Shown here in pieces: positions 1 to 13,529 of a DNA stretch of 64,000 bases; within the stretch, counting starts at the first letter, position 1, and every line of letters starts with the position of its first letter. This DNA comes from Azolla caroliniana. Taxonomy: Eukaryota; Plantae; Polypodiophyta. The stretch lies in the NCBI GenBank assembly GCA_043228905.1, contig JBHGNT010000008.1:3348001-3412000 (forward strand). The letters run 5' to 3'. The position numbers and the translations under genes are program-made. The notes under the pieces are model-generated. The model had not been told where the DNA came from and did no database searches. It was given only the letters and a program-made list of their open reading frames with translations.

Positions 1-900
1 GGAGTATCGACTCTACTGCGACAGTCAGAGTGCCATCCACCTTGCGAAGAACGCGGCCTATCACTCCCGGACGAAACACATCCAGCGTAGATACCACTGG
101 ATCCGGGAAAGGATAGAAGACCAGGAGTTCGCGCTGACGAAGATCCACACGGACGAGAACGGGTCAGACATGCTGACCAAAGTGCTCACACCCGACAAGC
201 TGGAAGCGTGCCGGAAGAGGGTCGGACTGGAGAGACATCCCATGCCGAAGTGAAGGGGGAGTTTGTTGGGATTTCGGTCCCTCTGGATGGGATGTCCGGA
301 GATGAATGACGGCAAGCCCGGTTGCGGTTACGGAACCGGAGGATGAAGAAGACCCCGGCTACGGAGCCGGATGAAGAAGACCCTGGCTACGGAGCCGGAT
401 GATGAAGACCCTGGCTACGGAGCCGGATGACGAATGTACCCGGAAAGAAATCCGGATGCGGGGACATATTTATGAATATGTTTGCCAAGGGTCCTTGAGG
501 CCATATTTGTAAATAGCCCGAAAGTCATATGTGTATAAATATGACTTAGGGCAAACAGTTTTTGTTGTTGCTCATCTTTCTGTTTTCCACTTAGAGGGAG
601 CGAAGTGAGAGCAGCCGAGAGAGAGAGAGAGAGAGACGAAGAGGTTGTTGCCTCAGTGTATTACCGCCGCCTGTGGCGAAGACAGTGAGCTCAAGGTTGT
701 TGCCTTGAAGCTTCACCATTGTACATCTCTGTTCATAGTGATAGTTGGAGTTTGAGGACTCCCGTGGTTTTTCCCATTTAGGGTTTTCCACGTGAAATAT
801 CCTGTGTATTCTTCTCTCTATTGTCTTCGTGTACTTTGTATTTCCTATTTTCTGTGAGTTGATCCTATTCCTCGGTTGGGGCCGAGCACTGTGCTCAACA
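1..900 (+). mobile_element. Ty1/copia 3' end: RNase H C-terminus, PPT and 3' LTR (264-900)
   Basis: Frame from nt 2 reads EYRLYCDSQSAIHLAKNAAYHSRTKHIQRRYHWIRE...NGSDMLTK, stop at 251-253. PPT GAAGTGAAGGGGGAG follows, then an LTR bounded by TGTTG(264)...CAACA(900). Confidence 0.9.
348..430 (+). repeat. 28-bp tandem repeat (about 3 copies) in the copia LTR U3
   Basis: GAAGACCCYGGCTACGGAGCCGGATGAW repeated head to tail. Confidence 0.85.
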
Positions 901-1443
901 TTTTGGTCTAACAAACTCAACTGAAGTCGAAGGCTACATCAATTCTGACTATGCTAGAAATACAGATAATCTGAAACCGACATTAGGCTACATCTTCACC
1001 TATGGTGGTGGTGCAATATCATGGATGACGAAACTTCAAGAGAGCACGACTCTGTATACCATAGAAGCCGAGTACATAGCAACATCGGAAGCAGCGAAGG
1101 AAGCCATCTAGCTGCACTGACTGACTGCCACTTCTCAGTTACAAGCCGAATCGACCGACCAACACCAACCATCTATTGAAACTCATAGAGCGAAATACAC
1201 CTCATCAACAACCTTGTCTATCACCCTAAGACAAAGCACATTGAGGTGCAGTATCATCACATCCAGGAGCTCGTGAACGAGAAGAAGCTCGAAGTCTGAA
1301 AAATCGACACCGAGGTGAACATCATCGATTGCCTAGCAAAGCCACTCCCAGATCTATGCTTCAGAGCACTAAGAATGAAGATGGGACTACGACAAGCAAC
1401 TGAGCAAAAGAAAGCCGAACGAGGAGCAGAAGGTAAGAACTAA
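901..1443 (+). mobile_element. Older degenerate copia RNase H region (host of the flanking insertions)
   Basis: FGLTNSTEVEGYINSDYA...GYIFTYGGGAISW..KLQ...EAEY...YHPKTKHIEVQYHHIQE, with stops and frameshifts. Confidence 0.85.
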
Positions 1444-2112
1444 TTGAAACAATTGTAAACTGTTAGAATTTCGGTCCCTCCGGATGGGATATGAGTACCC
1501 AGCAAGGAAGACCTGGTGACAACCAGATGATGAGTACCTGGTGAGAGCCGGATGACGCAGGCCCGGTGAGAACCTCTCACCGGATGAAGGGACATATATG
1601 GAAATATGTTTCTGAGAGCCCATTGGGGCTATGTCTGTAAATAGTCCTAATGTCATATTAGTATAAATATGACCTAGGGCAAACAAACAGTGTGAGAGTG
1701 AATCATTGTGTTGTCATTATTTTGTATAGAGTTATTGGTGTAACTGTTGTACAAGCAACTGAGCAAAAGAAAGCCGAACGAGGAGCAGAAGGTAAGAACT
1801 AATTGAAACAATTGTAAACTGTTAGAATTTCGGTCCCTCCGGATGGGATATGAGTACCCAGCAAGGAAGACCTGGTGACAACCAGATGATGAGTACTTGG
1901 TGAGAGCCGGATGACGCAGGCCCGGTGAGAACCTCTCACCGGATGAAGGGACATATATGGAAATATGTTTCTGAGAGCCCATTGGGGCTATGTCTGTAAA
2001 TAGTCCTAATGTCATATTAGTATAAATATGACCTAGGGCAAACAAACTGTGTGAGAGTGAATCATTGTGTTGTCATTATTTTGTATAGAGTTATTGGTGT
2101 AACTGTTGTACA
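1392..2112. repeat. 359-bp near-perfect tandem duplication
   Basis: 1392-1750 is repeated at 1751-2109, with ACA microhomology at the junction. The twin 99-aa and 123-aa ORFs in the track reflect it. Confidence 0.95.
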
Positions 2113-4832
2113 GAGCGTAGCAGAGGAAGAGAGATAGAGAGATAGAGTGAGTCTCTATTGTAACCGCCGCTAAGCGAAGATTTTGAGCACGAGGTCGTTG
2201 CCGCCATGTTTACCTGTTGTATTCCTCTCGACATAGTAATAGTTAAAGACGTGCATCTTGAGAAGTGCACCGACTGCTTGGCCGGTAAGCAAAACTGGAC
2301 CTCCTTCTGATCAAGGCCATCGATGAGACGTAATGCACCAATGGAGCTGGTGCATACCGATGTGTGTCAAGGGGACAAGAAGTCACATGTCGGATCACAG
2401 TACTTTGTGACATTCATAGATGACCACAGCTGGAAGCTGTGGGTCTCACCGTTGAAGACGAAGGATCAGTTGTGATCCGTCTTCAAGGAGCTCCACACGA
2501 GAGTGGAAAGAGAAACCTGCCTGAAGTTGAAGGTGGTTCGAGCAAATAATGGAGGCGAATACTGGGGGCAGTTTGAGGAGTACTTTCACTCGAAGGGAAT
2601 CCGGCTCGAATTTACCGTGCCGAAGACGCCGGAACTAAATGGGTTGGCCAAGATGATGAACCAGACCATAATGGAGAGGGTCTGGAGTATGGTAGCACAT
2701 TCAAGGTTACCCAAGACGTTTTGGCCTGAGGCACTTGCGACAACGACGTGCGTGATAAATAGAATACCCTCAATACCCTTGGATAGAGACACGCCGTAGA
2801 GAGTGTGGACCGGTAAGGAAGTGTCTTACCAGCATCTGAAGGTGTTCGGGTGTCTCATTTACGTGCATGTTGTAAAGGTCCGGAGAGCAAAGCTGGATCC
2901 AAAGTCCCGGCCTTGCATATTCCTCAGATACGACGATCATGAGTTCGGCTACCAAGTGTGGGATTCGGTCGACAAGAAGGTTTTCCGGAGTCGAGACATT
3001 ATCTTCATGGAGGAAAAGACTCTTTCTGACTGGGAGTCGGAGAAGAAGATAATGAAATCCGAGTCGACCAGTAAGGACCGATTCGATGAGATGCAAACCC
3101 AACCGGCAAAGAGCCGGTTAACACTCGAATAACCAGTTGGTTATGGTGAGGATACCGAACCGGAAGAAGAAGGAGAGGAAGTTGAAATCGGAACCAAACA
3201 AGACCCCGAATCGGATTTAGATGAAGAACAGACACATGAGCTGGTTACCGAAAACCGAGGACGGGGATATCCTCTCTGGGAAAGAAGAGGCCCCCGGAGA
3301 TTTCTGGATGCAGAGCGCGTGCTGCTAACCGATGAGGGGGAGCCAAAAATCTTCGAAGAAGCAAAGGACAAGATGCCATACAGGACGAGATGGATTCCCT
3401 ACATGAGAACCACACATATGAACTGGTGGAGTTGCTGAAAGTTAAGCGGGCACTCCGGAATAAGTGGGTGTACAAGTTGAAACCGGGAGATGCCGGCAAC
3501 CCCCCAAGATACAAAGCTAGGATCATGGTGAAGGGGTTCCAGCAGAAGAAGGGCGTGAACTTCGACGAGATATTTGCCGCAGTAGTAAAGATGACTTCCA
3601 TTTGGACGGTGCTGAGCATAGCGGCAAGCATGGACCTCGAGGTAGAGTAGTTAGACGTGAAGACGACATTTCTCCACGGCGACCTCGAAGAGGAGATCTA
3701 CATGCAACAACCAGAGGGATTTGTGAAGAAAGGGAAGGAGCACCTGGTTTGCCGGTTGAAGAAGAGCCTCTACGGTTTGACGCAGGCTCCTTGGCAATGG
3801 TACCAGAAGTTCGACTCCTTCATGACGGATCAAGGATACCAAAAGACACAGGACGATCACTGCGTGTTTGTGAAGAAGTTTGAAGGTGGAGACTTCCTAA
3901 TACTCCTCCTGTACGTGGACGACATGTTGATCGTCGGACGAGACCTAGTCAAAATACAGATGTTGAAGAAGGCTTTGAACCAGACCTTCTCAATGAAAGA
4001 CTTGGGTCCGACAAGACAGATATTGGGGATGCATATCATCCGGGACCAATCAAAGAAGCAATTTTGGCTATCACAGGAGAAATACGTGACAAAGGTGCTT
4101 CAGCGGTTCAACATGTCAGACGCGAAACCGATCGGATCGACGCTTCCGGCAAACTGCAAGCTATCCGGTAAGCAAAGCCCGAAGACGAAGGCAGAGAAGG
4201 CGGACATGATGAAGATACCATATGCCTCTGCCGTTGGGAGCTTAATGTATGCAATGGTGTGTACCTGACCGGATATCGGATATGCAGTCAGAGTGGTGAG
4301 CCGGTTTATGAGCAATTCCCGCAAAGAGCACTAGATTGCGGTAAAATGGATACTCTGGTACTTGAAAGGCCCCTCAAGTATGTGTCTCCGATTCGGCTCC
4401 GACAAACCCCAACTTGACAGTTTCACCGATTTAGATATGTCAGTTGATGCAGATACCAGCCGATCAACATCGGGATATGTCATGCCATATGCAGGGGGAG
4501 CTGTTTCGTGGCAGTCGAGGCTGCAGAAGACGGTTGCGTTGTCAACCACGGAGGCGGAGTACATGGCGGTTGTGGAAGCCGGCAAGGAAATACTATGGAT
4601 GAAGGACTTCATCGAAGAGCTAGGGATCTACCAAGAGGAATACCAGCTCTACTGCGATAGTCAGAGTGTCATCCACCTTGCAAAGAATGCTAGCTATCAT
4701 TCCAGGACTAAGCACATCCAGCGCAGGTACCATTGGATCCGGTAGCGAGTAGAAGATCGGGAGTTCGCACTGACGAAAATCCACACGGAGGAGAATAGGT
4801 CAGATATGCTGACCAAAGTGCTGACACCTGAC
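1461..4832 (+). mobile_element. Ty1/copia element, internally deleted and 3'-truncated (partial 5' LTR, integrase, RT, RNase H)
   Basis: LTR start TGTTAGAATTTCGGTCCCTC (1461, again at 1820) resembles the LTR at 264. At about 2240 it jumps to CTDCLAGKQ..LVHTDV (pre-integrase/integrase), then NGGEY..TPELNGLA, RT (LKKSLYGL, LLYVDDML) and RNase H (STTEAEY, HSRTKHI). Many stops. Confidence 0.92.
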
Positions 4833-5522
4833 CCATGTAAAAGAGGGCGCCTCGTTCCGCACCCTCTCCCGTATTGGCACCTTCATGCCGATTCAGGCCC
4901 CGGTCGAACAATCCACGACCGGATCGCGGTCCACCTGAATCGGAGTGCCGCGCGGTTTGGTCCCCGGTCGAGTCGTTTCTTGGTCCCTTCGTCGACCTTC
5001 TCACGGGTCATTTCCAATCCATCTTCGCTGACATCCTGCCAGGACTCCTCGATACCGTCATCCATCTCCTCGGTCTCACGTGAGCGTAAGGGCCCGAATG
5101 CCGAGCTCTTCGGAATCGGTTCCGAGGGCTCTTGTTTGTTCCTTCCTCGTATCGTCTTGCCGGCAATTCTCGATCTCACCCCGCCGCCTTCCTCCTCTTG
5201 GGACTCAAATGGGCACTCGGGCCCGACTACCATCGTTTCGGGAGCAAGCGTGAGAAGACGCGTAAAATCGCCCGTCCTATTTACGCCCTTGTCCGTAGCC
5301 ACCGGCCCCTCGTGGTCGGTGGCCGTTTTCTTCCTGATCGCGCAAGCCCTACTTGGGCTTGCTTCTCCAATGTCTGGAGTTTCGGGCTAACGTGCCCGAA
5401 ACCGCCGGCCCCAACGTTCCGATTCTTCGATCGGTATCTTGGCCTTGTCCTCGGCCGTTCTATCTCCGCAAGTCGAGAGGGCGTTTTGTTTCGCACCCTC
5501 TCCCGTGGTACCGTCGTACCAA
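4833..5522 (-). mobile_element. Isolated internal fragment of the gag-only gypsy satellite family
   Basis: Colinear and highly similar to 27682-28371 (e.g. MATDKGVNRTGD vs MATDKGVKRTGD). No LTR. Confidence 0.88.
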
Positions 5523-5959
5523 ATATAGATTATAATTCACTTTCTTACATAGTGGTTGATTGATCATCAGTCCCACTAATTTTGTAGTGAGCTGGTCCAT
5601 ATCCCATCTAAGCTCTAACGTGTGAGTGCATTGGTGAATAATCATTGTGAGCTACTCTCATATGTAATAGAAGTTTGTTTTTCATATATCCATCTCATGC
5701 CTATCTAATCGATCATTAATATTTCTAACAATTTTGGGCAAAGAATGCATAGTCAAACCACTCTCATCACTTATGCCCCAAGGCCTCGTCTCACATTGCA
5801 ATGCATGTGAGTTATAAGCCACAATGGTTTGGATGGCTGACAACAAGATGGGCTCTAACATGTACCGATGTGTATGGTTTCCTCATTCGACAAAGAGGGA
5901 TAGATAGATAAACAAATAGATAGATTCTATTATTATCATCAGAGGTCAAATATGACCTA

Positions 5960-8900
5960 TTAGAATTAGAATTAGAATTTTTATCATCCATAAAGAGGCC
6001 AATTTTGACCTATGGGACCAGAGTATACATGTGTTCTTGATATATGTCTCCTTCCTAAGAAGGGGTATTCATACGTTGAAGCGCAAAGTCTCTATGTGTT
6101 AATAAATCATACACATATAAGCTCAACCTTCTAGGTGATGTCTTAAGTATGGCACTTAAGTTATCACTCCCTCTTAGTATGTCACCATATCTTGAACAAA
6201 TTGAACTATACGTCGAGCATGTGAAGAGCAAGTGACATTCATCCTCTACCATGCCTTCATTGCATACTTTACATGTCTTCAAAATTGTTACATTTTAATA
6301 CCTAACTTGTGAGATCGAGTGCAAAGTAGTGTACGGGCTCTACGAGCATTATTACTCGTATTAGTAATGAGATAAGGTTGGATACGATCAATAGTCATTC
6401 ATGCTTTATATTAAGACCAGCATTCAGGGTTGACATTTGAAATGTAGTATTCTAGCCTTGTCCCCTTAGCATCCTCCCACTTCATCCTTAATGATTCCAC
6501 CAACCTTTCCTCAATCATTACATACTGCATAGCATGGCTTGAAAGCTCTAAAAGATCATCCACATCCCATCTTCTAAACCATTTCCTTATGTCAACAACC
6601 CAAGCAGATGAGAGAATGTTACTTTTATGATTCTTTTGTAGCTTACATCCAACATTCCAAGCAAGATGTGGTAATCGATGACGCGACATATTCTTGACTT
6701 TGTAATGTATTTTTATACTCTTTGGAGTGCCAATATCTTTATGGGTCAAACACCCGTTTCCAAGAGCATAACCTGGTAAGAGGTAGTACATTTAACTCCT
6801 AATTGTCTCCTTAAAAACATCTTTTGAATTTTCTCAATTTCATTCCATGCATTAAGAGAGATGGTGCCACCCTATACAGCTACTCCATAAAGCAATACTT
6901 GAGTTACCATGGCATTGAACAACATTAGTTTTACTTCCCATCCACAAGTATCACTTTGGTTGCATTGGTTCTCCAAAAGGTAATATGATTTCCAACCGGC
7001 TTGGAGCCTAGAATCAAAGCATGCACTCCATTTATTTGTGGTGGGTACATCAATACCAAGATATTTAAAGCTTCCAACCAATTGTATATGTTCACCTTTA
7101 TATGTGAGCTTAGGATAATGATGAGGTTGGATGGTTTGCACTACCATCATTTTTGTTTTCTCCACATTCACTACTAGTCCACTACTATGACAAAATTCTT
7201 CTAATACCCCAAGTAAATGTTGCATATTATTAACATCATATGAGAAGAGTACCACATCATCTGCATATAGAAGCAATAAGATAACATGTTGCATCAATTT
7301 GGGGGCATTCAATCCTTCTTCTCTTGCAACCTTATTCACCACTTCTTCTAATTTATCAATGCATAAGCCAAAGAGTGTGGGTGATAATGGACATCCTTGC
7401 TTGACCCCCATGTTACTTAAAAAGTTCTTTGAGAATCCACTATCCATTTTTAGTTGGCATTTAACTTGTTCATATAGGCGTGCAACAACAACTCAGTACT
7501 CTAATGGCATGTCAATGTCTACCATTCTATTCCGAAGCTCACTTCGTGGTACGATACCAAAAGCTTTCTTGAAATCAACAAAACAACAATAAAGAGTTTT
7601 TCCCTGTAGTCGACTCTCTTCCATGATTACTCTTAATGTGACCAAATGATCTACAATGGAGTGTTTTGGTCTAAATCCTACTTGCCCTAAGTGCTCTTTT
7701 GCTTGTACTCTCAGCCCATGTGTTTATCTTTTGCTCCATAATAGTGCTATATAATTTAGCAATAGTTGAGCTCACCATTATTTTACGATAATTTGATACT
7801 TGATTCTTATCTTCGTCTTTAAATATTGGTTTAATCCAATTCATAAGTCAATCATTTGTAAATCCTTGTTGTATAGCTTGCTCTAAAATTGTCATTATCC
7901 AGTGACGAGTGTGTGGCATTGTCCATTTTAAAAGCTCACTTGAGACGTAGGTTGAATCAACTACTTTTCCACTTGCCATATTCTTTATTCCCTTATTGAC
8001 ATCATCAATATCGATACATGTAGTCCATGGCGTTTCAATTTTCTCAACCATAGGAGCCACACCTTCATGCATATATAACCTTTGTACATAGTCTAGCATC
8101 TCTTCATTTGTAAAGTGACCATTCACATATTCTTTCTTACCCTTGAATTGTCCCCATGCTAATTTTGATCTAGTTTTAACAAGTTTTTCTTTTTCATCTC
8201 GTACATTTGGAAATATCCTCTTTTCTTTCTCCTCACTACTTTCTTATATAGGTGCCATGCAACAATCTTTTCATTCCCCCCTTCTATGGACTTAAACCAT
8301 TTGAGATACATCTTACATTCATCGTCGAACCAAGAATTACATGGAAAACTACACATCTTATTCCCACCCACATGCCTCTTAAAGTATTGATATCCAACCT
8401 TAAGGATTATATCCTTCAAATGTTGCCAATTTTCTTTAACATCGTTGCTTAGAGAAAAATTTAACAAATGGTTCTCCACTTCATTTGCATACATCTTAGC
8501 TTTTTCATAGCAAGATCAGAGGATACATCTGTTTTCATCTTTCACTCCACGACATCTAGTGGAATGTGGAATTGCAAGCTCCAAGTACAATGGCTTATGG
8601 TCTAAGTCTGGAGATAGAGAACCAACTTTAAACACATTCACCAATGATAGATCACATGCCAACATTAATGCGTAATCAACCACATTTCCTCCACCTAAGG
8701 ATGGTAAACATGTGAGCACATTTGTCAATAGAAATGCCTTTATACCATTTAGGATAATCAAGTTTGTGCAATTTAGCATATGTATCAAAAGTTTTCCATA
8801 ATCTGACATGACACAATCCTCTGAGTCACACAATAGAGAATGTTCTACTACATTTTCTTCAAATGTTCCACATTTTGGAAATTTCCAACTCTTGCATTGA

Positions 8901-10524
8901 AGTCTCACATAATTAAAACTTTCCAAGCTTCTCAAATGAAAGTATATCATGGCATAATTTTGTAAAACGATCATCACAATCTAACCCAAACCTACTATAG
9001 TAGTTTGAGTCTTTGTGAGGAATGTAACATGCAACTATATACAACGTCTCTTTCCCCAAGTTAACCTCTATCCATATGTATCTCTTATAGTCATCATATT
9101 TGCATACTTTGATAGAATTATCTAAGCTCTCATGGTAGATACATGCTATCCTGGCACACCCAATATTCCTCATATGTATCTCTTATAGTCATCATATTTG
9201 CATACTTTGATAGAATTATCTAAGCTCTCATGGTAGATACATGCTATCCTGGCACACCCAATATTCCTTTTGGAGTGAGGCCATATCGATTTTATGATGT
9301 AACCATCTATCTTAGGTATACGTTTTGCCTCATGCTCCCATGTTTCAGTCAAAAATATAATATCCATACCTTGACCTACATCATTGAGTCCTAAACCCTT
9401 ATTCCATGGATATCCTCTACAATTCCAAAACATTACCTTCAACCATGAAACACTTAAAGTCCCATAGGTCATTGCTTACTATGTATTTTGATTTGCTTTC
9501 TGAGATGCATATGCTTCCCCCTTCTACGTTCTTGCTCTTGTGGAGTTCTATCCTTTGTTACAAAAAAACTTGTCCCTTTTAAGTACACCTTACTACTATC
9601 TAGAATCATTGCCCTTTTACGTTCATCTAGGATTGTACAAACAATAGCTCGAGATGACCTTCCCTCTAATTGCTTTTTGCCAACCCTATGTGCGGCATAT
9701 ACAATAATATCTCACATAGCAAAGTGATCTTCAAAGAATTTTGTAATATTTTGTCCAACAGATAATGCATTCTCTATTTCATTCTCTTGCATACCTCTAA
9801 TGACAATATTATTCTTTCTTCTTTCGACTTGATATTGCTCCTTTGCATCTAACACATCAATGGTATTAGAATGTCTTTGTGAGATTTTTGGTGTTTCTTT
9901 CAAGAGAACATCTTTCCACCTTGTCATGATAACATCTTCCTTCCCTTCAATTGCAGATTTTATTTCGGCATTTGCCTTCACTAAAATCTCTTTTTCTACT
10001 TCAAGACCCAACATTTTTCTTTCTATTTCAGGCATCCTATTATCTTGCATTTGAATAGTCATGTTCTTCATTGCATGTAGTTCTTTGCGCAAAGCTTTAA
10101 TCTCTAACTTTTGCATTTCCAATGTATGTTGAAGAGTTAATTCTCTCTCCTTACAAGCATACATTTCACTTTGCATATGCATCACTGTCTCTTGCAATGA
10201 GATATACATAGCGACGATCTTTTCCATTGACAAAGTATGTGTTTGATTGTTTGGGCTTTCAATCACATCATCATTACTCTTGGCATATTTACTATTAATA
10301 AAATGATAGAAAATAGAATGTACCTTTCAATCAATTTAGGGTTTCAAAATATACCTTGAGTTTGAGGAACAGCGGACCAAAGAGGGCTGCGGACGAAAAT
10401 GCTCATAACTCCTCATTACGGCAACGGAATTCAACAAATAAACATTTATTAGAAAGCTCTTTGAAAGAGTTTTCCAACGAGCTATAGAACGTAGGAAATG
10501 ATGGCGGGAGAGAAAATAGACGCA

Positions 10525-10527
<3 letters not shown>
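5960..10527 (-). mobile_element. Near full-length decayed LINE (ORF1 + APE-RT-CCHC ORF2; RTEX/L2-like architecture)
   Basis: ORF1 about 10266-9469: coiled coil, RRKNNIVIRG, DRTPQEQERR. ORF2 from 9472: FWNCRG/IIFLTETW endonuclease, GVKQGCPLSPTLF and LLYADD RT, CKVC..EDECHLLFTC. Followed by a 3' hairpin and a (TTCTAA)3 tail. Many stops and frameshifts. Confidence 0.9.
9073..9268. repeat. 98-bp tandem duplication frameshifting the LINE endonuclease
   Basis: CATATGTATCTCTT...CAATATTCCT occurs twice in tandem. The peptide RNIGCARIACIYHESLDNSIKVCKYDDYKRYI appears in two ORFs. Confidence 0.93.
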
Positions 10528-10602
<75 letters not shown>

Positions 10603-11200
10603 GCATCCATAGAGAGGCCAAATTGACCTATGGGAGCTAAGTACAAAAAATTTCATGTGCATCTCCTTCATAAGAAATATATTCCTACTTCAAAGCACAA
10701 AGTCTCAATGTGTGAAGAAGGGAGATTGATCCTTTGGTCACAATTATATCCATTCCAAAAATGCAAACTATCTCCAAAGTCTACACATCATATCCTCCTT
10801 TTAAAAGAAGGGTTGGTGTGATTATTGTCACTTGCATTCTATTATATGAAAATATATTGATTTTTTATGTGATAATTTTCCAACAAAATAGTTTGCTCTC
10901 TTTGTTCATATCACAACTAATGTCTATGGGCATTGTCATGTGTATTGAGTAGCCTCTTGACTCTCAAGTGCAACTATGATATCTAGTTTGAATGCTTTAT
11001 TTATATTACAATGGACTTGTATGAATCAATTGAAAACATTACATTAGGATAGAGATAGTGAGGATTGAGGAACTCAATGAGTATTAATGCACAAATATAT
11101 TCACATGGCAAACTCATAATAGAGATAAATACCCCACTATTTTTAAAATATCTCACACAATTGATACAATCCAACTTGATTTTGTTGCTTCTGCTACATA
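10528..11200 (-). mobile_element. Older degenerate LINE 3' end with (TC)n tail
   Basis: 10599-10635 matches the 3' hairpin region at 5980-6017 and abuts a ~70-bp (GA)n tract. The upstream sequence weakly resembles the ORF2 C-terminus. Confidence 0.65.
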
Positions 11201-12586
11201 TCATAGAGGACTAGCAGACATCCGGTTGATTTTGCAACAACTCACTAAAATTAGAATCTAACCAAATCAAGTCACAAGCTCGATTAAGTATGATGTATTC
11301 TGAAATCCTTTATTTTTTTCTCACAATGCAGATGATAAAATGTTTTCATTCAAGAATTAAAGGTGTCCATCCCTGCTGTTATACCCAGGCATACATTGTA
11401 TTTATATTAGTGAGTCCATTTTGCAAAACCTTATAAACCACACATGCAAGTCTTATTTTTCACAAAAACAAATAGATTCCTCGATTGTTTCAAGGGTTAC
11501 AAAGCTTGATTATATACATAGTTAAATATTTAATATGCAGATGTAATAACTGTATTAAGCATCCTACCTACACTTTTGAGAGAAATCTGGCAGATTGCAA
11601 GATTGAGAAAGCTCATCATGTATTTAACTCTTCTACTTTAACTCTATTTGTCACGGAAAATGACACCTGACCTAAGAAGTTTGCATAAGAGTACTCGCAA
11701 ATTTCCAACATAACAATGCGGCCATTATGGCAGAATTTTAGTTTGATACATATATTGTATGTGCAAGCTTCGGCATGTCTGTAAGAAGAAGGGAAATTGA
11801 TTACACATGTTTGTCAAGTAAGAACAAATGAATTGCACATAATGGAAATCTGATAATGGGAAAGAAATCACCTGTCAAATAGTCTTTGACAAGCTTATAC
11901 GGCACCTCTCAAACTCACTATTTACATGAATCTTCCAATCTTGTCATTCACTAAAGGATTTACTACAAGAAATAAAAAAATTTATGTTCAGAAGTAACTT
12001 TGAAAAGAAGTGTTTAAAAACAGTGCACGAGTAATTTCAAATGATTACCATACCATTAAATCTATGATTTGGTGACGTCCTCAAGGACATTGGTTCAGCC
12101 CAAGGTTTAAATGAATCTTGCAATCTTGAATGCTACATTATCATTATCATATACGTTAACTTCAGTATCAATAAATTCAATTAGATTTTTAGAGTCTTGA
12201 TTCTAACACGGAATTGTAGTGTACCTCAAGCCAAAAGAAAAATCCACGCAATAAGGAGAGCTTGGGACTGCTTGATGATTGCAGCTGAGCTGCCAGATCT
12301 GCAAATGTTAAGACAGTTTGTTCAGGTTTAAGGATTCGCCAAAAATGCAATTCATCCCTCAAAACATTCATACCTGGTTGATGGTCTAGACAAGAGAATT
12401 CTTCCCTTGAGATGAATTGAGCATAGCCTGCTGTGCTTTCACAAGATCTATATAAGGGCTGTTTGTGGCTGACTGCTTTCGTCAAGATTTCCAATTCATC
12501 AATATGGAATGGCTCGGAGAGTTTAGCAGATAATTTTCTCTTGAATTCCAAATTTGCTACCAGTTTTTTTTCCTTAGCATCGGATA

Positions 12587-12638
12587 CCTGCATTGAGAAC
12601 TCTCTCTCTCTCTCTCTCTCTCTCCTGCATTGAGAACT
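12587..12638. repeat. (CT)11 insertion flanked by a 15-bp direct repeat (TSD-like)
   Basis: CCTGCATTGAGAACT-(CT)n-CCTGCATTGAGAACT. Confidence 0.9.
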
Positions 12639-12729
12639 ATTAGATACCCCGGATATAAAGAGACTAGGTAGGTATATCTTAGAACTAAAACAATATAGAG
12701 AGAATAAGCTACAAAATGTTAACCATAAC

Positions 12730-13245
12730 CATTCTAATATTCACCAACATGTAACTAATGAAACTTTTTAGGAACAAGGGGAGACAATGAATGTGGATAC
12801 ACATACAACACTCGGCCTTTCCCTTGCTGAAGCAGGAAAGCAAAGAACAACCAAACGCCCTCGGATGTCGGGCTTCTAAGCAACTCAATGTGGAGTAGAA
12901 ACAATTAAGAAGATAAAGGAACGTGAGCTACGCCACCTAGAAGCTATGGTTGAGGTACCTTTTACATTGGGACCACAGATCACATCCATATCGAAACCCT
13001 TTGAACTCCCATTTCTTTTCGAGAGACTTGGATGGAAATGAAACTAGGACATAAAGCCATTTCCTTTATAGAATATGTTACACCATAACATGTTTTTGTA
13101 TAATACTAGAACCCTTTAGTTTAAGTTCTATTTTATTTTTACTTTCGATGAATGGGTAAATACCCCATTCTTGTTGTAAACCAATTGTCTCATAGGCCAA
13201 TTTTGGTCTAAGAAGACGTTAATATATCTTTCTTTCTTTCTTTCT
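12730..13245 (+). mobile_element. 5'-truncated LINE/SINE-like 3' end with hairpin and (CTTT)n tail
   Basis: CATAGGCCAATTTTGGTCT at about 13191 resembles the LINE 3' hairpin and is followed by (CTTT)4. The 5' boundary is approximate. Confidence 0.55.
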
Positions 13246-13529
13246 CACCGTATAAGGTAATTTGTTAGGAGTATTTGTTTTCAGCTTCTTTCAACATTCG
13301 AACGTCAAATGAATGACATTTACAACATTCTGCATCTTTCTTAGAATCAGAATGAACTTTATTTTATTGCTGCCAGATGTGAAAAAAGCAGAGTCGAAAG
13401 TTCAGCTTCTAATAGACAATTATTTTTTTCTCTTGCTTAAGGTTTTCTGCTGTTGTTGAATTTTAGGATCAGGTTCCAGCTGCATTGTCAGGGTTTCCTC
13501 TTTAAACCAGGCCTTGGCCCATTATGCAA

